A stretch of DNA of 64,000 bases, taken from positions 53,511-117,510 of the forward strand of contig BTVY01000015.1 of NCBI GenBank assembly GCA_045863335.1, in the 5' to 3' direction. A program made the position numbers and the translations under genes. This DNA is from Candidatus Hydrogenedentota bacterium. Lineage in GTDB: Bacteria > Hydrogenedentota > Hydrogenedentia > Hydrogenedentales > SLHB01. The notes beneath the pieces are model-generated. The model was not told the DNA's origin. It worked only from the letters and a program-made list of their open reading frames with translations, and did no database searches. Below, piece by piece: positions 18,512-27,386 of the stretch (position 1 is the stretch's first letter; every line of letters starts with the position of its first letter).

Positions 18512-20785
18512 TCATCTGCCACGGCAGTGATTCCCGCGATTCGTATCCTTGCCGTAGCTCTTATCTCGGCCATTCCAGTCGTTGCGATTGTTGCCCTTGC
18601 CGTGACCGTGATTGGAGTGGCCATTGCTATGATGGCCGTGGTGACCGTTGCCGTGACACCCGTGCGGACGCGGATCCGTGAGCTGTGCCAACAGCGCCAT
18701 TTCGTCCTGCAGCTCGGCCACGAGCGACGACTTCATGTCCGAGGCTTTGATCCAATCGGCAGGGTTTGACCGACCATCCAGCCGCTGGTACACCTCTACC
18801 AGCTTCCCGGTAGCGGATTTGTACCGGTCCGCATCGACATGGTTGGCCGCGCTGTAAAGTGATTCGGCCATGGATTGAATCCGGTAGGCGGCGCATCTCG
18901 CATTTTTGGTCTCAACCAGATCCAGCGGCAGCGACGCCATAGCCGCTGCGGTCTCACGAATCTTGGCCGCGACAACAGTAGCCAATGTTTCCGGGTTGAG
19001 CGGATCGGGGTCTTCCCCGTCCTGGATGCCGTCTCCATCGGTGTCGGGATCGCATACGCTCGTTCCTATCGCGAGGATCTCGTCGCCGTCAGAAAGGCCG
19101 TCGCCGTCGGAGTCCGGATTGAAGGGATCGAGGCATCCGTCCTGTTTGGCAAGGTCGCGTTCGACGCCATCGAGGAGCCCGTCGCCGTCAGAGTCGATAA
19201 GATCGTCCTTCGGATCAAGCGGATCCGTGCCGTCGACGAGGACTTCGGTGCCATCGTTCACACCACCGTTGTCCGAGTCCGGGTTAAGCGGGTCCGTGCC
19301 GTCTATGAGGACCTCATCGCCGTCGGAAAGGCCATCGCCGTCGGTATCGGCGTTGGCGGGATCGGTGCCGTACACGTCCGTCTCTTCGGTGTCGGTTAAC
19401 CCGTCACCGTCGGTATCGAGATCGACAACCACCGCTTCGACGCTCAAGATCCACACGGCGCCGCGGGAAGGTCCGCCGTCGTCGTCGAAGTAGGCGCCCA
19501 CGGCAACTTCAGGCATGTGGTCGCCATCGAGATCGCCCACGGCGGCGACGGCGTTACCAAAGCGATCGCCCGCGCGGAGCGTCCCGGCAAAGCCGCTTTC
19601 AAGGGCGCTGATCTTCTGATGGTCGTGCACGGTACCGTCGCCATTCAGGAACAGCGTGTACGCCGCTCCGAAGGTACTACCGCCATCGTCGTCGCCGTAC
19701 GCGCCCACGGTAATGTCCTGAATACCGTCGTTGTCGAGGTCGCCAATCCCGGCGACGGAGATGCCGAACCAATCGGAATTGTCCAGGGTCGCTGTGAACC
19801 CGCCCTGTGTATTGCTGATCTTCTGGTAGGACTTCACGGTCCCGTCCGCGTTGAGGAAGAGCATCCATACGGCACCGCGCTGAGCCCCGCCGTCGTCGTC
19901 GCCAATGGCGCCCACCGCCAGGTCGGGCACGCCGTCCATATTCAAATCGCCGACGCCAGTCACTGAGGTGCCGAAGGTGTCAAAGTTAACAAGGTCCGCG
20001 GCAAAGTTACCTTCCGTGTCGCTGATCTTTTGGGTCGATGAAACCGTGCCGTCGGCATTGAGGAATAGCACCCACACCGCGCCGCGATTGGTGCCGCCAT
20101 CGTCGTCGTTCAGGGCTCCTGCCGCGAGGTCAACGAATCCGTCGCCATTCAGATCGCCGAGGGCGGTCAGGGCATTACCAAAGTTATCCAGGAACCCTAA
20201 TCCACCCGAGAACCCGCCGGAAAGCGCGCTGATTTTCTGATGCGACTTCACGGTCCCATCGGCGTTGAGGAAGAGCAGCCACACTGCGCCAAGATCCGCG
20301 CCTCCGTCGTCATCGTTCATGGCGCCGGCGGCGAGATCCGGGATTCCATCCCCATCCAAATCACCGGTCGAACAGAGGGCGACGCCGAAGAGATCGTTGT
20401 CGTCGAGCGCTCCCGAGAAGTTGCCGGATAGCGCGCCGATCTTCTGTGACGCTCGAACCGTCGCGTCGGCGTTCATGAACAGAACCCACACCGCGCCGCG
20501 GTCCGTTCCGCCGTCGTCATCAAACGGCGCACCAACGGCCAGGTCCGAAATGCCATCGCCATCCACGTCGCCGAGCGCGCAAACGGCGTAACCGAACTGA
20601 TCGCTGTCGTCGAGCGCACCGGTGAAACCGCCGGTCACGCTGCTGATCTTCTGCCCGTAGAGCACTTCACCCGGCGCGGCGGCGGCGATAGTTGCGACGA
20701 TACACACGAGCAGTGCGAAGAGAGGTACGTTCGGCAAGTTGGAGGAAAAAGCGCGGCGGATCGGTTTGTGTGAATGTGCGACCAT
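18512..20785 (-). CDS. Secreted FG-GAP (integrin-alpha-like) repeat protein with DxDGDG Ca-binding repeats and a His-rich tail
   Basis: Six FG...GDxDGDG.xDLAVGA..DDDGG..GAVW repeats and six DTDGDGL.D-type repeats. Confidence 0.88.
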   Translation of the reverse strand: MVAHSHKPIRRAFSSNLPNVPLFALLVCIVATIAAAAPGEVLYGQKISSVTGGFTGALDDSDQFGYAVCALGDVDGDGISDLAVGAPFDDDGGTDRGAVWVLFMNADATVRASQKIGALSGNFSGALDDNDLFGVALCSTGDLDGDGIPDLAAGAMNDDDGGADLGAVWLLFLNADGTVKSHQKISALSGGFSGGLGFLDNFGNALTALGDLNGDGFVDLAAGALNDDDGGTNRGAVWVLFLNADGTVSSTQKISDTEGNFAADLVNFDTFGTSVTGVGDLNMDGVPDLAVGAIGDDDGGAQRGAVWMLFLNADGTVKSYQKISNTQGGFTATLDNSDWFGISVAGIGDLDNDGIQDITVGAYGDDDGGSTFGAAYTLFLNGDGTVHDHQKISALESGFAGTLRAGDRFGNAVAAVGDLDGDHMPEVAVGAYFDDDGGPSRGAVWILSVEAVVVDLDTDGDGLTDTEETDVYGTDPANADTDGDGLSDGDEVLIDGTDPLNPDSDNGGVNDGTEVLVDGTDPLDPKDDLIDSDGDGLLDGVERDLAKQDGCLDPFNPDSDGDGLSDGDEILAIGTSVCDPDTDGDGIQDGEDPDPLNPETLATVVAAKIRETAAAMASLPLDLVETKNARCAAYRIQSMAESLYSAANHVDADRYKSATGKLVEVYQRLDGRSNPADWIKASDMKSSLVAELQDEMALLAQLTDPRPHGCHGNGHHGHHSNGHSNHGHGKGNNRNDWNGRDKSYGKDTNRGNHCRGR

Positions 20786-21068
20786 AGATTTGCCACTCCT
20801 CATCGTAGGGCAAAAGCACGGTCGCCAGCACCGTATGACATCGAGTCCCAAGCACTCCATCCGGCGCGCTCAAAGGAGCGCCGATTTCCCCATCCCGGAG
20901 GAGGTCGGCTGAATTGTACCATCTGTCGGAGAAAAGTGGCGGAGAAGTGGCTATCCCGAAATCGTGCAAGAATGCAATTGTGCGAAAACTGGCCATCATG
21001 TACTGTTGATGGCATTGAAGTTGTGCGGTTCGCTTGGATGCGCGAGATTTTGTGATGGAGGGGATATC

Positions 21069-22187
21069 GTGCCGAACATCACGGTGGAAACAACTGGGCT
21101 TGTCTTTCGAAATCCTGTGCCAAACGTTCGACCGCGGCAGGCTTATTTCCCGTCTGTGGTGGAACTGCCAAATCGGGAGATTCTGGCTGCCTTCGAACTC
21201 GGCAGCGCCATGGAAAACGTCGATGTGCGGTTGCACCTGGCGCGTTCTGGGGATGGCGGTGCGACGTGGTCAGAGCCGGTTGTCGTTTTTGAATATGAAC
21301 GGGACGAAAAGCCGGTTTCAACCCTCGGGCGCATGAGCCGTTTGAAAGACGGCACACTCGTGGCTGTCATCCTGCTGTGCGACCGGTCACGCCATGAAGA
21401 GGGTTTGGCCAATCCGGTCACCGAAGGCTATGTCGAAACGACCTTTGCGATCATCGAGTCGACGGATGGTGGCCGCACCTGGTCGGCGCCGCGCATCATT
21501 GACCCTCCCATCGACTGGTCGGTGTTTGAGATCTGTTCGCCAATCCTCGAAGTGAGCGACACGCGCTGGATGTTGCCGACCTCGCTCTGGAAGGACTGGG
21601 ACGGGAACTGCCCGCACGGGATGAAAGCCGTCACGCTGATCTCCGACGACCGCGGACGGACGTGGAATCGGTGCGTGGACGTGTTCAATCAGTGGGACCA
21701 ACACGTCACGAGTTGGGAACAGAAACAGACGCGGCTCAGCGATGGGCGGTGGCTGGCAATGTGTTGGGCGCACGATTATACGAACGCGAAGAGCCTGCCC
21801 AACCGCTATGCGTTTTCCTCGGATGACTGCTTTTCGTACAGCCTTCCCTCGGTTGCTCCATTGAATGGCGAAACGTGTACTCCGCTGGCGTTACCGGACA
21901 ACCGCGTCCTGTTCGTCTACCGGCGCTTCGACCAACGGGGCCTCTGGGCGCATCTCGCGGAATTCGAGGGCGAAACGTGGAAGCCGCTCGCCGACGCGCC
22001 GTTGTGGGGCGCCGATCGGGCGCTGTATGGGAAGGACTCCACGAACAAGCTGGAAGAAATGCGCACGCTCCGGTTTGGATTTCCTCAGTGCGTGCACCTC
22101 TCGGATAGGGCAATCTTCGTCGCGTTCTGGTGTGTGGAAGACTGCGTCGCCTGCATCCGATGGTTCCGTTTGCGGGTGGAGATGTAG
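21069..22187 (+). CDS. Sialidase-like BNR/Asp-box beta-propeller protein
   Basis: Asp boxes SGDGGATWS, STDGGRTWS, SDDRGRTW and SSDDCFSYS; YFP motif. Confidence 0.8.
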   Translation: MPNITVETTGLVFRNPVPNVRPRQAYFPSVVELPNREILAAFELGSAMENVDVRLHLARSGDGGATWSEPVVVFEYERDEKPVSTLGRMSRLKDGTLVAVILLCDRSRHEEGLANPVTEGYVETTFAIIESTDGGRTWSAPRIIDPPIDWSVFEICSPILEVSDTRWMLPTSLWKDWDGNCPHGMKAVTLISDDRGRTWNRCVDVFNQWDQHVTSWEQKQTRLSDGRWLAMCWAHDYTNAKSLPNRYAFSSDDCFSYSLPSVAPLNGETCTPLALPDNRVLFVYRRFDQRGLWAHLAEFEGETWKPLADAPLWGADRALYGKDSTNKLEEMRTLRFGFPQCVHLSDRAIFVAFWCVEDCVACIRWFRLRVEM

Positions 22188-22260
22188 CGCAGGCGTCCTC
22201 GCCTGCATTCTGGATCGCGGGTGGTTACGAAAGATGCCGGCGAGGACGCCTGCGCTACAT
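22182..22260. repeat. GTAG-type REP inverted doublet
   Basis: ATGTAGCGCAGGCGTCCTCGCC and GGCGAGGACGCCTGCGCTACAT form a perfect 22-bp inverted repeat between convergent genes. Confidence 0.85.
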
Positions 22261-22264
22261 GGTT

Positions 22265-23761
22265 CTACATCTCCCGCGAGGAGATGTTGCCCCGGAGCGT
22301 CAAACTCGGATCGGCGGCGGGAGCCTTGAATACCAAACTGAGTAGGAGGCCCACCACGAAGCACAGACCGAAGCTGAAGGGGAAGTAGTAGACAAAGTGC
22401 ACGTCCGTCAATCGTTGGAGCGCGATGGTGGCCGGTACGGCAATAGCGACACCGCAGATCCACGCGGCGAAGGATCCGCGGCTCGTCAGAATCCCCAGTA
22501 GAAACAGGGCGAGCACGGGACCGGAGAATAGCCCGAGAAACACCTGAGCTGTCTTCAGGATCTCACCAATCGTTGTCGCAAAGAACGCGACGCCTGTGGC
22601 GAACACGCCGAATACCACCACCAGCACACGCGCAATCCATAGGTCTTTCTTATCGTCAGCATTCGACCCGCGGGCCGGGCGGATGAAATCGTTCACCACC
22701 ACGGTCGATAGCGAGTTGATCCCCGAGTCCATGCTGGACATGGCGGCAGCGAAGATCCCGGCGATGACGAGTCCGGAGACTCCAGCGGGCAAGGCATGCA
22801 CGATGTAATAGGGGAAAACCTGGTCGCCTACGATGCCGTCCGGCAGGCGGTCAGGCCACGCCTGATGGTAAGCGAAGAGCCCAAGTCCGATGAACGCCAG
22901 AACGCCAACGATGGCGACCGACATGAGCGCATTCACTACGGTTGCACGCGCCATAGCGCCGAGCGACCGCGTAGCCAGCAGGCGTTGGACCGTGATCTGA
23001 TCGACGCCGTAATCGTGCAGGAAGTTGAAGAAGTACGAAACGGCCACCACGGTCACGGTCATGTGTGTGAGGCTTGGCTTCCACTCGAGCAGGTTGAGGT
23101 GCCCTGTCTCTCCCGCGACGCGCAGGATCTCGGGCACGCCACCGGGCACTTCCCGCATCAGCGACGCGGCCACCAGCAACGCTCCGCAAACCAGGATGAC
23201 AAACTGTGCGGCATCCGTCCAAATGACAGCGGCGAGACCGCCCAACGCCGTGTAGGCCGTGGCGAGAAGCCCCATAAGCACAATGGCCAACCACAGTTCG
23301 ATTCCGGTTACGACGGACAACGCGAGCGCCGGGGCGTAAATGACGGTACCGAGCCAGCCCAGGCGAGCGCACACGAAGAGACCGGAAACACAATAGCGGG
23401 CGTTCGCGCCGAATCGTTGCAGGATGTATTCGTACGACGTGGTCACGTTGAGCCGCTGGTAGAAAGGCAAAAACAGCAGAATGATGAAGGGCGCGACGGC
23501 GGGCATCATAAGGATGCCGACCATGATGGATAGGTTCTCGCCGTACACGAGACCGGGGACGCCCATGTAGGTGACCGCGCTCGTGATGGTCGCGAAGACG
23601 CTCATGGCCACGATGAACCACGGCACGTTGCGTCCGGCGAGGAAGAAGTCCGTGGTCGTCTTCTGCTTGCCCGAAACGAGGAGGCCGATACCCACGACGA
23701 TTGCGAGGTACACTACGAGCACGGCGTAGTTCGCCGCGCCGAACGCCACAGATTCCGTCAT
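22265..23761 (-). CDS. Sodium:solute symporter (sialic acid SiaT-like clade)
   Basis: DFFLAGR, SA.TYMGVPG, YT.LGGL.AVIWTD, DQ..VQR, AAAMSS.DSG.NS. Confidence 0.9.
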   Translation of the reverse strand: MTESVAFGAANYAVLVVYLAIVVGIGLLVSGKQKTTTDFFLAGRNVPWFIVAMSVFATITSAVTYMGVPGLVYGENLSIMVGILMMPAVAPFIILLFLPFYQRLNVTTSYEYILQRFGANARYCVSGLFVCARLGWLGTVIYAPALALSVVTGIELWLAIVLMGLLATAYTALGGLAAVIWTDAAQFVILVCGALLVAASLMREVPGGVPEILRVAGETGHLNLLEWKPSLTHMTVTVVAVSYFFNFLHDYGVDQITVQRLLATRSLGAMARATVVNALMSVAIVGVLAFIGLGLFAYHQAWPDRLPDGIVGDQVFPYYIVHALPAGVSGLVIAGIFAAAMSSMDSGINSLSTVVVNDFIRPARGSNADDKKDLWIARVLVVVFGVFATGVAFFATTIGEILKTAQVFLGLFSGPVLALFLLGILTSRGSFAAWICGVAIAVPATIALQRLTDVHFVYYFPFSFGLCFVVGLLLSLVFKAPAADPSLTLRGNISSREM

Positions 23762-24068
23762 CGCGGGCACGCCCACCGTTCGGGCTGGACACTCGTTCCA
23801 GTAGCGTGTCGGGACCTCATACGCTCTCCAATCGCCCACAATCGTCTTTGGGGCCACTCCGGGCAACGACGACTACGGAAACAGATTTCAAAACCGATGG
23901 CTACGCCAAACCAGCAGACCCGAACCAAGCGCCGGATGTCAACCGTTAACCGCCCAATTTCCGGCAAATCAACAGAATATTGGCTGCTGCATGAGCCTTT
24001 GGGATGACCGATTCTACAAGTACGGCGATTTTTACGCGCTTTTGCCAGCATCGCCCAGGCGATGCGAT

Positions 24069-24084
24069 TGGCCTGCGTATTGCT
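24069..24084 (+). promoter_or_regulatory. Putative sigma-54 (-24/-12) promoter
   Basis: TGGCCTGCGTATTGCT has the exact GG-N10-GC spacing and TTGC, about 70 bp upstream of the ATG at 24151. Confidence 0.55.
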
Positions 24085-24150
24085 TGGGTACTGCCAACCT
24101 TGCGGGGGAATTGTCCCTCATCAAAAAATCGCACATAGGAGGAAACGGTC

Positions 24151-24861
24151 ATGACGGAAAAGATGGTGCTCGGTCGGGGAATCGTGGTTCTCGCGGTGCT
24201 GCTTGCGGGCGCACATATCGCCACAGCCAAACCTGGTAACGGAAAACCTTTCAAACAGCTCCAGGCGCAGATCAATGTATTAAACGAGACGATTCAAGAC
24301 CAGCAGACGGATCTCGATTCCTTGCAGCAGGCACTCTCCCAGGCGCAGACGGATATCGGAGCCCTTCAGTCCGACTTGGCCGACGCGGTAAGCCAGATTG
24401 GCGCTCTGAACACCCAAGTCCAGAGCCAGCAAACAGAGATTCAGAATCTGGCGACGGAGAATGACACCCAGGATCAGGCCATTGCCGATCTGGCCGCGAT
24501 GATTACCAAGGAAGTGCGCGCTTTCGTGTATTCGAATCGGGGACTCGGGGGAGACTTCATCGTCATCAATCCTGCTCCGCTCAACAATCCCGGCAGCAGC
24601 GTGGTGGAAGAAAGCGCCGGCGTATTTCTGGTGACCCTTGACGGGCCGGCTGGTTCGTTCCCGAACGCGGCCGACTCCGTTGCTGTCGCTACGCCGGAAG
24701 TGAACGCTGACATTGCGGGGTCGACTGGCCCAACCCTTTCGGCGACGGTCGCACAGGTAGCCGCGAGCGACACCAACATGCAGTACCGCGTCCGAATTCA
24801 CGATGCAGACGGTAATCCCGTCACGGCGGCATTTAACCTGGTCGTGTTGTCGCGCGACTAG
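24151..24861 (+). CDS. Secreted protein with N-terminal heptad coiled coil and C-terminal beta domain
   Basis: AGGAGG RBS, signal peptide, about 90-aa Q/L-rich heptad stretch. Confidence 0.8.
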   Translation: MTEKMVLGRGIVVLAVLLAGAHIATAKPGNGKPFKQLQAQINVLNETIQDQQTDLDSLQQALSQAQTDIGALQSDLADAVSQIGALNTQVQSQQTEIQNLATENDTQDQAIADLAAMITKEVRAFVYSNRGLGGDFIVINPAPLNNPGSSVVEESAGVFLVTLDGPAGSFPNAADSVAVATPEVNADIAGSTGPTLSATVAQVAASDTNMQYRVRIHDADGNPVTAAFNLVVLSRD

Positions 24862-24900
24862 TCGATTTGATATGACGGCGTGATACCGACGCCGGTTTTC

Positions 24901-24946
24901 GCCGCGCCCGGATGTGGCAGTTTGCCAGCCGGGCGCGGCCTTTTTT
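24901..24946 (+). terminator. Rho-independent terminator
   Basis: GCCGCGCCCGG...CCGGGCGCGGC stem followed by CTTTTTT. Confidence 0.75.
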
Positions 24947-25124
24947 CGCCTCCAGAACCCAAGCAACTCTATGATTCATAAGGAGTTTCACAGAAAGATC
25001 AATCCGATCGATAGCGGCTGCAGCGCGAAATTAGTTTGAAACTTGAGCAATCCGGCTCTACTATAAGCACAAACGTGCGCGGCGTTCGGGGGGAATGCAG
25101 CCCGGCGCACAGAAAGGGGGCTAC

Positions 25125-26450
25125 ATGTCTTTACAACGCGATTCGCATTCCAACCATCCCTCCCGTCGTGCCTTTCTCATTGCCAGTGGCGCCGCCACGG
25201 CGAGCGTGTCGATCGGACTCGGCAGCCGGGCACACGCCGCTTCGGCGGAGAAGCTGGCTGTCGCCGGCGGTCCCAAGGCGGTTACCGCCGACGCGAGCGA
25301 TGCCACCAAGTGGCCGCAATACGGGGAAACGGAAGAGCAGGCGGTCCTCGAACTTCTGCGCGCGCCGAACTATGACCCCAACGCGAAACTCGAGAAGGAG
25401 TGGGCGGAATTCCTCGACGTGCCCTACTGCACTTCCCACTGCAACGGGACGAGCGCGCTAGCCTCCATGTTCTTCGCGCTGAATCTGCCGCCGGGCAGCG
25501 AGATTATGGTGCCGAGTTACACCTTCTTTGCAACGATCGTGCCCATGCGCCTCTTCGGCCTGGTGCCGAATTTCGTCGACATTAACCCGCGCACGTTGAA
25601 TTTCGATCTCGAGGATGCGAAGAAGCGGCTCACACCCAATACGAAGGCCGTGTTGCCGGTGCACTGGATCGGGTTGCCGGCGGATGTCGATCACATCGGC
25701 GACTGGGCGAATGAGAAGGGGCTGATTCTCCTCGAGGATGCTGCGCACGCCCATGGGGCCAAGCTCAAGGGCAAGCGGATGGGATCCTTTGGACGCATGA
25801 GCATCTTCAGCTATCAGGCCACGAAGCCGCTTCCGGCCATCGAGGGCGGGATGGGCGTGTACCAGAACGAAGAGGACTTCGGCCGCGCGACCGCCTTCGG
25901 CAACTACGACATGAAGGGCATGAGCGAAAACATGCCGTACTACCAATACAAAGGCTCGGGGCTCGGACTGAAGTTCCGCATGCATCCCATTGCGGCGGAA
26001 TTGGCGCGGTGCCAGTTGCGCGGTCTCGACGAACGCAACAACGCGGGCGCCGCGCAAGTGCGGCGTTTGAACGATCGGCTCACCCAGTTGCCGGGATTGT
26101 ACGAACAGTCCTGTCATCGCGATGACGTGCAACGCCTGTATTACGCCTGGAACATGCTCTTCATCGACGAGAAAGAAGTCGGCGTCTCGCGCGACAAGAT
26201 CGCTGACGCCCTCGCCGCCGAAGGCGTCCAGGTCACGGGACGCCATTACACCCTGCAACACGAACTCCCGTTGTACGCCGAAGAGCAGTGGTGGCACCAC
26301 AAACCGGTGATCCCGGAGCTGCCCGGATCGAAACAGGCGAACGATACCTGTCTCGGTTTGCCATACTTCACGAAAGAGGTGCCGGAACTTTGCGAGCAAT
26401 ACGCGCAGGCTTTCGAGAAAGTCTGGGCCCATCGCGACGAGTTGGCTTAG
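25125..26450 (+). CDS. DegT/DnrJ/EryC1/StrS PLP aminotransferase with Tat signal
   Basis: SRRAFL Tat motif; NGTSAL, EDAAHAHG, FSYQATK...EGG with the PLP lysine. Confidence 0.9.
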   Translation: MSLQRDSHSNHPSRRAFLIASGAATASVSIGLGSRAHAASAEKLAVAGGPKAVTADASDATKWPQYGETEEQAVLELLRAPNYDPNAKLEKEWAEFLDVPYCTSHCNGTSALASMFFALNLPPGSEIMVPSYTFFATIVPMRLFGLVPNFVDINPRTLNFDLEDAKKRLTPNTKAVLPVHWIGLPADVDHIGDWANEKGLILLEDAAHAHGAKLKGKRMGSFGRMSIFSYQATKPLPAIEGGMGVYQNEEDFGRATAFGNYDMKGMSENMPYYQYKGSGLGLKFRMHPIAAELARCQLRGLDERNNAGAAQVRRLNDRLTQLPGLYEQSCHRDDVQRLYYAWNMLFIDEKEVGVSRDKIADALAAEGVQVTGRHYTLQHELPLYAEEQWWHHKPVIPELPGSKQANDTCLGLPYFTKEVPELCEQYAQAFEKVWAHRDELA

Positions 26451-26513
26451 CCGGACGTTTCGTCCGCGGGGTATGGACCACGCGGACGCTACATAGCTTT
26501 GGGGGGTAATTCC

Positions 26514-27371
26514 ATGATGGGAAGTAACGCGGGGATCCTTTCTGCCTGTTGCGCGCTCTTGCTCTGCGCGGGATGTGCGACAACAACGGCAAGGACTGAG
26601 ACAGCCGAGCCATGGCCCTTGGCCGTGCGTATCATGAGCTACGGCGAGTACCAGGAAGCGGGCTGGGCGCATTTGCAACAGATCGGCGTGAAGTACGTAT
26701 TCATGTCCGTTCCCGCGCCGGAAGATGTGGAAGCTACACAGGCGAAACTGGCGAATCTCGGCCTCACACCGGTTGTCTTCCGCGGCAGCGCAGACTTGAG
26801 CAAAGACACCTTCGCTGCGGAACTCGAACCGCAGCTCGCGGTTTGCGAACAGATGGGTGTGAAGTATCTCTTCCTCTCCGCCAAACGCGGGGACTCGCCC
26901 AAGGAAGCGGCGTACGAACGGCTGCGCGCCGCGGGCGATGCGGCAAAAGCGCATGGCGTGGTTATCGGATTGGAGACGCATCCCGACCTCGGCACCAACG
27001 GCGCGGTGCAGGTAGAGACCATGCAGGCCGTGAACCATCCCAACATCCGCGTGAACTTCGACACGGCGAATATCACCTACTACAACAAAGAAACCAGCGC
27101 GGTCGCCGAATTGACGAAGAGCATCGGCTACGTGGCTACGGTGGAGTTCAAGGATCATTCCGGCGCCTTTGAAACCTGGGACTTTCCGGTGCTTGGAACG
27201 GGGATTGTCGAAATTCCCGCGATCATCGCCCTGCTGCGCGATCACGGTTACGCGGGCCCGGTCACGCTGGAGTTCGAAGGCACGGAAGGCGTGAAGCTGA
27301 CGCAGGAGCAAACTCTGCAGGCCATCGCGGATTGCGTCGCCTACGCCCGGTCCGTAGGCAACTTCAAATAG
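26514..27371 (+). CDS. Lipoprotein sugar-phosphate isomerase/epimerase (xylose-isomerase-like TIM barrel, IolE-like)
   Basis: Lipobox-like LLCAGC; LETHP, NFDTAN, FKD, LGTG, TLE motifs. Confidence 0.8.
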   Translation: MMGSNAGILSACCALLLCAGCATTTARTETAEPWPLAVRIMSYGEYQEAGWAHLQQIGVKYVFMSVPAPEDVEATQAKLANLGLTPVVFRGSADLSKDTFAAELEPQLAVCEQMGVKYLFLSAKRGDSPKEAAYERLRAAGDAAKAHGVVIGLETHPDLGTNGAVQVETMQAVNHPNIRVNFDTANITYYNKETSAVAELTKSIGYVATVEFKDHSGAFETWDFPVLGTGIVEIPAIIALLRDHGYAGPVTLEFEGTEGVKLTQEQTLQAIADCVAYARSVGNFK

Positions 27372-27386
27372 CGGAGGCGCGCAACC

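Noticed and set aside
19000-20620. Tandem DNA repeats as a CRISPR-like array
   Set aside because: They are degenerate coding repeats (FG-GAP and DxDGDG); no identical repeats with unique spacers and no cas genes
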